A stretch of 64,000 bases of DNA, from positions 4,064,001-4,128,000 of the forward strand of contig CP086569.2 in assembly GCA_009914755.4 (NCBI GenBank). The letters run 5' to 3'. Position numbers and translations under genes: made by a program. The DNA comes from the human T2T-CHM13v2.0 reference genome, Homo sapiens. Within the stretch, counting starts at the first letter, position 1; the number at the start of each line of letters is the position of its first letter. The notes below the pieces were generated by a model. That model had not been told where the DNA came from. It worked only from the letters and a program-made list of their open reading frames with translations, and did no database searches. This document shows, one piece after another, positions 54,941 to 64,000 of the stretch.

Positions 54941-55106
54941 CAGTTAGTGCTGTGATGGGACTTCTGAATTCTCTCAATATTATTGTATTGCTGTCTATGT
55001 CTCTATACAGGTCTAGTAATATTTGTTTTATAAATTTGGGTGCTGTTGTGTTGGGTGCACATATATCTAGAATTGTTATTTTTTATTTTTTATTTTTTTT
55101 TTATTT
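54941..55106 (+). repeat. ~165-bp insert inside the 5' LTR of the MaLR element. About 135 bp of it is a ~95% copy of the L1M segment at 53853-53985, followed by a T-rich tract.
   Basis: 54948-55082 reads tgctgtgatgggacttctgaattctctcaatattattgtattgctgtctatgtctctatacaggtctagtaatatttgttttataaatttgggtgctgttgtgttgggtgcacatatatctagaattgttatt. 53853-53985 reads gttgtgatgggagttctaaattctctcaatattattgtattgctgtctatatctctatacaggtctagtaatatttgttttataaatttgggtgctgtggtgtcgggtgcacatatctagaattgttat. The 3' LTR lacks this segment (..gagttatcaccagatctagttgttagaaaatgtttagcacctcccc). Confidence 0.8.
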
Positions 55107-55618
55107 GCAGCACCTCCCCCTTCTCTTCCTCCTGCTCTGGCCGTGTGAAGTGCTGGCTTACCCTTTGCCTTTCCCCATAATTATGTGTCCTGAGGCCTCC
55201 CCAGATGCCAGTCAGATGCCAACCCTATGCTTCCTGTACAGCCTGTGGAAATATGAGCCAATTAAGCCTCTTTTCTTTATAAATTACCTAGCCTTAGGTT
55301 CTTCTTTATAGCCATGCAATAATTATCTAATATAGAAAATTGGTACTGAGGAGTGGGATATTGTGACTGGAACTTATATTTAAAAGGGAAGCAGAGCAAA
55401 AAAGCTTGAAAAATATGCAGCCTGATTATATGGTAGGAAAAAAAGGCCTGTTTTCAGGGGAAAAATTCAAGCAGACTGCAGAAATGTGCATAAGTAAAGA
55501 GGAGCCAAGTAGTAATAGCCAAGACAATGGGGAAAAGGCCTAGAAGGCATTTCAGAGACCTTTGTGGCAGCCTCTCCCATCATAGGCCAGGAGGCTTAGG
55601 AGGGAAGAATGGTTTTGT

Positions 55619-56158
55619 GTGCCAGGCCCAGGACACCACTGCCCTTTGTGTGCCAGGCCCAGGACACCACTGCAGCCTCAGGACACTGCTTTCCACATGC
55701 CAGTTATTCCAGCTCCAGCTCTGGGTAAAAGGGACCCAGGTACAGCTCAGACCACTGCTTCAGATGGTGTAGGCCACAAACCTTGGCTGCTTTCACATGG
55801 AGTTAAGCCTGTGGTTTCACAGAGAGCAAGAGTTGAGGCTGGAGATACTTCAACTGGATTTCAGAGAATGTGTGAAAAAGCCTGGATGTCTAGGCAGAAG
55901 CCTGCTGTAGGGGCAGCACCCTTATCAAGAATCTCTGCTATGGTAGTATGGAAAAGAAATGTGAGGTTTGAGCCCCCACACAGTATCCCAACAGGGGCAC
56001 TGCATAGTGGAGCTGTCAGAAGAGGGCCACCATCCTCCAGACCCCTCCAGAATGGTAGACCCAATGGCAGCTTGCTCCCTGCACGTGGAAAAGCTGCAGT
56101 CACTCAATGCCAGTACTTGAGAGCACTTCAGCTGGGGCTGATCTCTGCAAAGTCATGA
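55619..56158 (+). pseudogene. 179-codon ORF inside the MaLR internal region. It is a gag-like remnant or chance ORF, not a cellular gene.
   Basis: Track ORF MPGPGHHCPLCARPRTPLQPQDTAFHMPVIPAPALGKRDPGTAQ... lies entirely between the two LTRs. MaLR internal regions are known to carry decayed gag-like reading frames. Confidence 0.4.
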
Positions 56159-59100
56159 GTATGAAGCTTCCCAAGGCCTTGGGAGACCATCCCTTATACC
56201 AGTGTGCCCTGGATATGAGGCATGGAGTCAAAGTACATTATTTTAGAGTTTAAGGTTTAATGACTGCCCTGCTGGATTTCGGACTTGCATAGGGCCTGTA
56301 GCCCCTTTCTTTTGGCCAATTTCTGCCTTCTGGAATGGGAATATTTACCCAATGCCTATACTGCAATTGTATCTTGGAAGTAACTAACTTGTTTTTGATT
56401 TTACAGGCTCATAGGTGGAAAGGGCTGGCCTTTCCTCAGATGAGACTTTTGAGTTAATGATGGAAAAAGTTTACATCTTGGGAATTATTGGGAAGGCACA
56501 ATTGTATTTTGAAATGTGAGGACACAAGATTTTGGAAGGGCCAGGGGTGGAATGACATGGTTTGAATCTGTGTGCCAACCCAAATTTCATATTGAAATGT
56601 AATCCCCAATGCTGGAGGTGAGGCCTAATGGAGGATGATTGGATCCTGGGGTCAGTTTCTCCTGAATGGTTTAGCACCATCCCTGTGTTGCTGTTCTTGT
56701 GATATTGAGTGATTGAGTTATCACCAGATCTAGTTGTTAGAAAATGTTTAGCACCTCCCCTTTTCTTCCTCCTGTTCTGGCCATGTGAAGTGCTGGCTTC
56801 CTCTTTGCCTTCTGCAATGATTGTAAGTTACCCAAAGCATCTCCCGAAGCCAAGCAGATGCCAGCATCATGCTTTCAGTAAAGCCTGTGGAACCACGAGC
56901 CAATTAAACCTCTTTTCTTCATTAATTACCCAGCTTTAGGTATTTCTTTATAGAAATGTGAGAACAGCCTAATACACTGATTATAAAATTAATTCCTTCA
57001 TCTTGACTTTAGATGATTTGATATCAATCAGCCATTTTAAAACCCTTTATGTAATATATTTTCTTGGAGATCATTGGGCCTCTTGTGTCTGGATATTTAT
57101 ATGTCTTGCTAAACTTGGAAAGTTTTCATCAAATATTCTCTTAAATATGTTTTCTAAATTTTAGATTTTTCTTTCCCATCAGGAATACCAATAATTTATA
57201 AGTTCAATTACCTTATGTAGTCTTATATGTCTCAAATGTCTTGTTCATTCTCTTTTATTCTTTTTTCTTCATTTTTGTCTGACAGTATTATTTCAAAAGA
57301 CCTGCCTTCAACATCTGAAATTCTTCCTTCTTCTTGGCCTACTCTATTTTTTAAAGATTTGTGTATATATTGCAATTCCTTCAGTTAATTTTTTATTTCT
57401 ATGTTATATTTGTCTTTTTTAAAGATATCTGTCTCCTTAGTAAATTTCTTGTTCATATCCTGAATTGATTTTCTGTTTTATTTGTATTGGAATCACATTT
57501 CTTGTATTTCATTGAGTTTCTTTAAAATAAATATTTTGAATTTTACATCTAGCATATCAAAAATTGTTATTTTTTTTTGTTTAGAATCTATTGCTGGAGA
57601 ACTGTGTTTCTTTGGCAGTGTTGTAATGCCTTGCTTTTTAATACTTTCTGTATCTTTATGTTAATTTATGTGCATCTAAATTAACAGTCACTTCTTATTT
57701 TGCAACTTAATTTTGTTGGAGTAAATTTTTTTTCTTGAAGATATGACTATGCTGTATGTTGGGTAGGGCAATTTGATTTTGCTTCTGGGTGCGTGCATTG
57801 GCAAAGACTCTGCAGGATTTTATTAATTATAAATAGCATTTGTTTGGTGGCTTTCTGAAATGCCAGTTTTAGTAGCAGTGTACCATGTGGATGAGCTTGC
57901 TGATGACCTTCTTTGTAGCCACTGTGGTGTGGGTGATGGGGATAGCAGTGGTCATGAGAATCTTTTCTTGTTCAAAGGGCCTTGCTCTGGTGTTGGCAGT
58001 TGTTCTAATGGGTTGCATAAGACAACCCTCAGGCTAGTAGGTGGTACTCTCAAGTAAGAATCAGCTGTAGTGGTGGCAGTAGAACTTACGCTTGACCTCT
58101 GTTCCCCAGGAAAAATGCTCTGCTTTCCAGGTGATGGATTGGGCTGCTGACTCCCCAAAAGCTTGGATCATACACTCTGTTTCACAGAGATAGGTGAAGC
58201 TTTGTGGGGCTGGACTGGGCAAGCAAACAATCAGGTACTCCTATAGAAGATGTGAACTCCAGCCTTGACAAGAGTGGCAGAAGATTTTTCAAGCCCCTGG
58301 CAAAATATTTGTGTGAGGCTTTATTGCTACTGCACTGAAGTCTCAGCGCCACAGGCTTGGTAGGCAGTATAACCTGCTTACCTCTCATGCCTTTGTCCTG
58401 GCAGGGCTCACTTTCCTGTCCTGACTGTGGCCACATTTAAGATAATCCATTAACTGCTGAAGTTTACTTCTAGTCTGAAAGGTAACCCAGTGTCATAGAA
58501 GTCACTAGACTTGTTGCTCAGTACTAAACTTCTGCAGTAGCTGGCAGTGGCTGCACTGCAGTCTTCACCCACAGCTTCAAACACACAGCTTTCAGGTTCT
58601 CCTGCTTTCTATGGTAACAACACCGTAGCTCTGTATAGAGAGTGGGACAGACCCCAGCCTATACATGGGCCTAAGCTCCAAAGACATGCAACCAGTGAAA
58701 TCACAGTTGCCACTCATAGTCCCAGACAGGCAGCACTTCAGCTCACCCACTTCAGCCTCCAACTACAGCAGCAACAGCAGCTATGCCTGCAACTATATGC
58801 AGTGTGGGAGAAAGGGTTTCATTATGTATACATAATTCTAAGCAAAAAGGTTGCTTGGAAGGTAGGAGGAGATTTTGCATGTCCCTTGAAAGGCCAAGCA
58901 CAGAGTTTGTGCCACTGCTGGGGGTGGAGTCATTTCTTAAAATGCCAAACAGAGAGCTTTCAGGCTCTGGAACGCATGCATTCCAGTTTTCTCTGGGCCA
59001 GGGACTGCATTTTTGGTGTGCTGCACTGCCCTTCCCCCAGGGAGGAAAACTGTCTCTAGGCTAGATTACTGGGGACCCTGAAGCACCTTTCGGTTCAGCC

Positions 59101-62100
59101 AGTGCAGTGTCACTGCAGCTCTCTAGGTGGACATTGGGGAATGTCAGCAGTAGCTTTTAGAATGTAGAGATGGGGTGCTGTAGTTCCCAGGGCAGGATGC
59201 AGTCCCATGATAGCTACACTTCACAATGGTGCCCTGCCACAGCCTCTCAGGTCCGAGGGGAGGGGTGAGTGATTTAGCATGAGTTCCCAGTCTGGAGCAA
59301 TGCTCTCAAGAGGTCTCCAAATTACCACTCATACTAATGCCAAGGTTTGTGGCAGTAGAGGAACTCTCCTGTGGTTTGGATCCCAACAGTCTATGGCAAG
59401 AATGTGAACATCAAAACTCTCCCACTCACCCTCTCCCCAGAACACCAAGCCTCTACAGGCGCCTGACCAATTCTCAGAAAAGTTGGCTTCTTGTTTCCTC
59501 CTACTTCTGTGCCTTAGGCATTTCCCCTGAGTTCTCTGTTGGACTCTAATATTTTCTTCTTTAATAGTCTATTCAAAGTGTGATTATCTGTTCATAATTT
59601 TGGTTCTTTTTTCTGGAAAAAACAGGCATCTGATGTCTTCAGTCAGCCATGTTGAACTGGAACCTCCCAACATATAATATTTTAAACTATTATTCTACAG
59701 ATGTACATTAATTTTTTGGCAACATTTCACTATTAAAAATATAATACTACAATAAAGAGATTTGTGTTTAGTGTACATATATGACTATTTCTTTATAACA
59801 AAGAGATTCTTGTAATAATATTTCGTTGTAATGTATGCATATTTAAAATTTTGATATTTTTTAACCAAATTCCCCAACAATGTCCCTACTTATTTATACT
59901 ACCACTCTTGACGCACATGTGTAAATATTTTATTGCCGTACTAATCACCACTGCTTTTTGCTAATTTTCCCAAGATTGACAATTTAAGAAGAGGACCTGT
60001 TTGCACATGAGTGCATGTGTTTGTGGTGGGAAGAAGTGACAGTGTAAAAATCAATTGCTTTGAATCTGTCTAGTAGGAATATCTGCTTGGCAAGGCTTAG
60101 TAGAAACTGGAGGTAGAGCTTTGGGAGTATTTGAAACGTTAAAAGGAGATGACTTCACAGAAATTCCATGCCCAATGGGTTATGGTTTTATGTAATTCCA
60201 ATGTATCACTATATGTATATGATTTAATATGAGGATATATTTCTTAATGGAGACGAGATTGTTAAATTATTTTATCAATTTGGCTTTACCTGAAAACAGA
60301 ACTTGAGACAACGGTTTGAGGCAGATGGTTTTGGGGAAAGGTAGTTCCAGGAAGCCAAAGTGAGAAGGCAGGAGGGTGAGAAAGAAAAAAAGTGAAAGCT
60401 GATATATAGCAGCATGTTAAGAGTTGCTTACCACTGTGGAAAAGCGGAACATAATCCTGTTGGAAACCCAGTGAGGAATAAAGGAAAATGCAACTCATAA
60501 TTGTCCCCCCATACTCTCTTCTTCAATTGGTTTGAGGGTTTACTCTCTAAAATGTTAATACCCTCCCCTCCACCTCATCCCACAAGCACACACTTCTGGC
60601 CTATATTTGCTGGCACATTGAGTGAGATTTCTGCCCTTAGGAAAAGTCTGGAGACAGAAATTCAGAAAGAATGGATTAGAGGTAAACTTTGGAAATGTGT
60701 CTGCTGTAGTTTTTATTCAATTTCTTTACTGTATTTTCTCACTAAGAGGAAAAAGACGACCTCATAAGTCTTGTTCTCTAATAATAACCTTCATTTGCAA
60801 AATTTGAGGTTACTCAGTAAAAATTTTCTAAATTCTATTATGCTCTGAGATTTATAGAATGTCCATTCAAGACTATAGAGTGAGTTGAACTGATAATAAT
60901 AAATAACAAACAATGAGACTAATGAAATATTTATCTCATTTTAGGATGTCAAATACCTATGATAATGCATTATCCTTAACTGTTAATCTTCATTAGAGAA
61001 GTTTTTTAAATAGTAGCCACATTAGAGATTATTCAAATAAATTTTGTATAAGTGCTACATCCCTGCCAATTATAAAACATGAGGTAAAACAACAAGGAAA
61101 AGAGAGCTGAAAAGTTTAACAAGTGTATTCAAAATATTAAGGTGCCACTAATGCTGCCTTATGTGTTGCTAATTGTCTATAGCTTGGGGTATGAAGTGGC
61201 AGTGTTATAAAGTGGTTTACTCTTTAGTAAGTATTATTTTACTCCTTGTTGTGGGAAGATATTAATTCAGTAAGTCTCTTGTGAGGTTTAGAAATAGCAT
61301 AAGCTTAACTTGGTTATGTCCATACTTTGTAAATTACTTTTTCCTGCTGCAGAGTTTCCTGAATATATATTTGTCCTCAGTATTTCTGTCTTATGTCATA
61401 TGACTAATACTCTCTACAGAGACTGCTTCTTTTCTGAACAAATGTTTAATTTATAACATATCTCTGAGAAAAGCTACTCATCTTTGTATTTAATTTTCCT
61501 CATATCAGTTAGAATCTGAGGCACATTATGTTATTTCCACAGGCTGTATATGCCAAGCGAGATGAAAAGAAACAGCAAAACATTAAGAGGTCTCATATCT
61601 CCCTTAGAAATTTTTTGTTCCAATACAGTCTATAAAGTGATGGTAGAAGCAGTTGTTACATATTGTTATTATAATTTCAAAAAGTTGAGCAATAATTACA
61701 TCCAAGTCTGAAATTCCACGGTAAGTCTCAAGAACCCTTCTCTTTTTTCTCAAATCACTAACATTTCTCTCTTCTCTCACATAAATAATTTCTGCAACCA
61801 TTTTTCTTTACAAAGTCTCACTAGACAGATATGAGTAAAGAAGAAATTGTTTTCTAAATTCCATACCAAACTCCCTGTAAATAGAAGTTACACTATCCTA
61901 CCTTCTCAATGCACTAGTAAAACATGTATTATATGCAAACAATTACATTATTGATAGCCATTCTGTTTCTACCAAGCTGAACAAATAATTCTTGATTCTA
62001 ACAAATGTAATTTCAAGTATACATATCTCAATCATTTTTAATATTCTAATGGATATTAGAATATTCCATTTTAATATTGAGGATGACAGATCCCAATTCA

Positions 62101-62518
62101 TTTCTCAAGTGGATTGATTTGCCATCTTAAGGGTGAAAGTAGTATTTCTTACTTAATATAGAGGGAGAAAAATTTTATCTATTTTCCTAAAAAGTATATT
62201 TCCAAATTGCTTCCTTGGAGCTAGAATCCTCTGTGGTTTCTGGCACCAAAAATTTCTAACAATACTCTAAAAGAAACATAGGAAACAGACGTGGTTATGG
62301 AAAAAATAGCTACTGTAAGGTCAAGAGTCTAACACAGTCCCTATCTCATTTTTTCCAGCTACATAAACTCTTCTTTGCAATAGTTTTACAATTGCACTCA
62401 GAAGCAGTTGGATATTTATTTAACTGCACCACAATGGCAGGTTTCAGGGAGTACTGTGACTAAAACTTTGAATATGTATAAATATATTTTTGCAGTGGAG
62501 AGAATAATTAAGAAAAAT

Positions 62519-64000
62519 TGGGGGTCTGGCCAAGATGGCAGACTAGAAACAGCTGCAATCGGAGGCTCCCACCTAGAACAAAAACAGTGTGCAAATTCTG
62601 AACTGGCAACAGAGGTATCCAGGTTTTCTCATCAAGACTAACTAGGTATTTGACATGACCCACGGAGAACAAGAAAAAGCAGGGTGGTGCAATGGCCCAC
62701 CTGGGAGCCACACAGGGCAAGGTGAGCCCCAAACCTCAGCCAAAGGAGGTGGTGAGTGATTGTGCTATCCAGCCTGGAAAACCATGTTTTTTTCATGAAT
62801 CTGTGCAACCCATGAATCAGGAGATCCCAATCATGAGTCCATGCCACCAAGGCATTGAGTCACAACAGACCTGTGCAGATTCTCAACGGCCACTTGGCTG
62901 GAGACCGCTTAAGACTACCAAGTTGCTGGGGAGAGGGGTGGCCATTATCACGGCAGCTGACTGCTGCCTAAGACAACTGAGCTCCCCGGGGGAAGGATGG
63001 CCATCCTCAAAGCAGCTGCCTGCTGCCTAAGGTGACTGAGCTCCCCAGGGGAGGGGTGGCAGCCATACTGCATACTGCCTAAGATGACTGAACTCCTGGG
63101 AAGAGGAGTGGTAGCCATCACTGCAGCTCCAGGCTGCCATTTTTTTCCCTGATGGTGCCAAGGAGACTGGACATTTTGGATACAGGATGGATTCCCCATA
63201 GAGCCTGACACTGGCTGTGGCAGGTTGTGGCCAGACTGCCTCTTTAGGACAGACACCAACCTATCCCTCCTCACTGAGTGGGGCCTCCCTGAAGGAACTT
63301 CAACAACTCCAGCCAGGGGTTTAGGGACAGAACTTTGATAACCCTGGGCCTGAGCCCCTAGGGGGAGTCATGGCTATGGTCTCCATGGACAAGCACACTT
63401 AGTCCTCCCCATTGCTGGCTCTGAGGAATCTGGGCATCCCAGACAAGTTGGGTTTCCCCCAGCATGGCACACCCCCTCCACCAAGGGGCAGCCAGTGTGC
63501 TTCATTAAGCAAGTCCTGGATCCTGAGGCCCCTGACTGTGTGAGACACCCCAACAGGCATCACCAGAAACCTTATACAGGAGTGTTCCTTCTGGCATTAG
63601 CTCTGTGCCCCTCAGGGACAGAGGTTCCAGAGGAAGGAGCAAGCACCAACCTTTGCTGCTCTGCAGCCTCCTTGGGTGACATCTCTAGGTGCAGGGGGGA
63701 GCCAGGTGAATAGGGCCTAAAGCGAACCCCCAGAAAACTGCAGCAGCCCAGCAGAAGAGGGGCCTGATTGTTAAAAAACAAACAAACAGCAAGCAACAGC
63801 AACAGCATCAATAATAAAGTCCTCACAATAACCCCATCCAAAGGTCAGTAACATTAAAGAACAAAACTAGACAAACTAATTAAGATGAGAAGAAATCAAT
63901 AAAAAGATGTTGAAACTTCAAAAGGCCAGAGGGCCCCTCCTCCTACAAATGATCACACCTCCTCTCCAGCAAGGGCACAGAACTGGGTGGAGGTTGAGAT
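62519..64000 (+). mobile_element. 5' end of an L1 (L1PB-like 5'UTR, then ORF1 start) that runs off the window end. It carries the same leader family as the 2940-6415 element.
   Basis: It starts gggggtctggccaagatggcagactagaaacagctgcaatcggaggctccc. 62680-62830 (..gcaatggcccacctgggagccacacagggcaaggtgagcc..ggtggtgagtgattgtgctatccagcctggaaaaccatg..gcaacccatgaatcaggagatccc) matches the reverse complement of 6100-6300. The ORF1-like start is at about 63884 (atgagaagaaatcaataa..ggcccctcctcctacaaatgatcacacctcctctccagcaagggcacagaactgggtggaggttgag, compare L1 ORF1 ..SASPPPKE..SSPA.EQSWMENDFDEL). Confidence 0.85.
62935..63130 (+). repeat. Three tandem ~60-bp units inside the L1 5'UTR
   Basis: ggggtggccattatcacggcagctgactgctgcctaagacaactgagctccccggggg / aaggatggccatcctcaaagcagctgcctgctgcctaaggtgactgagctccccagggg / aggggtggcagccatactgcatactgcctaagatgactgaactcctgggaag. 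Confidence 0.7.

Larger units (their letters stand above)
54770..56976 (+). mobile_element. Complete ERVL-MaLR (MST/THE1-like) retroelement: 5' LTR 54770-55334, internal region 55335-56552, 3' LTR 56553-56976. It has a 5-bp TSD ctgat and is nested in the L1M.
   Basis: Both LTRs start tga(t/c)atgg(g/t)tt(g/t)g..tgt(c/g)...cccaaat(c/t)tcat(g/a)ttgaaatgtaatccccaat. Both end ..gagccaattaa(g/a)cctcttttct..taaattacc(t/c)agc(c/t)ttaggt..tctttatag..aat...ctaata(t/c)a. The PBS-like ggtac follows the 5' LTR (aaaattggtactgagg). A purine-rich tract (ggaagggccaggggtggaa) precedes the 3' LTR. The flanks read cttaCTGAT|tgatatgg and ctaataca|CTGATtataaaa. Confidence 0.85.

Noticed and set aside
55619-56158. 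179-aa ORF with no obvious TE protein similarity. A candidate novel small protein.
   Set aside because: It lies wholly within the internal region of a MaLR retroelement, bounded by the two LTRs, and is compositionally Pro/Ala/Gly-rich. It is most likely a gag-like remnant or a chance ORF. There is no splice or promoter context for a host gene.
58547-59059. 170-aa ORF (MAALQSSPTASNTQ...) on the + strand
   Set aside because: It falls in the probable antisense 5'UTR of the old L1M. It is low complexity (runs of Q and L) and has no recognisable domain motif. It was treated as a chance ORF.

Overview
This window is primate nuclear DNA, most likely human because it carries an AluYb8-type insertion. 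It is not a prokaryotic locus. It is an AT-rich, gene-poor intergenic region in which more than 60% of bases can be assigned to transposable elements by eye. No cellular protein-coding exon, rRNA, tRNA or CRISPR array is supportable. Every long ORF in the six-frame track is TE-derived (L1 ORF1/ORF2, ERVL pol, MaLR gag remnant) or is a chance or antisense reading frame through a repeat. I could not find a previously undescribed biological system in the prokaryotic sense. The interesting content is the architecture of the repeats.

Main content:
- A 6.2 kb full-length but inactivated L1PA on the + strand (34139-40299).
- A 3'-truncated L1PB-like element on the - strand (2940-6415) whose 5'UTR carries a tandem array of about 268-bp monomers (4620-6100).
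- A full-length L1PB-like element on the - strand (40700-46900).
- A roughly 10 kb old L1M locus on the - strand (49250-59560) broken by four younger insertions: a MaLR LTR, a candidate solo ERV LTR, an AluS, and a complete MaLR provirus-like element.
- Two L1 copies with 5' inversions of the twin-priming type.
- An ERVL-like pol (RT, YIDD motif) remnant split from a MaLR LTR by a nested L1PA.
- A triple nest: an Alu inserted in the A-rich linker of an Alu, which is inserted in a MaLR LTR.
- A young AluYb-type insertion with a 14-bp TSD.
- Several micro- and minisatellites and long TA-rich tracts.

Coordinates of repeat boundaries are approximate, typically within 10-30 bp, because they were set by eye.
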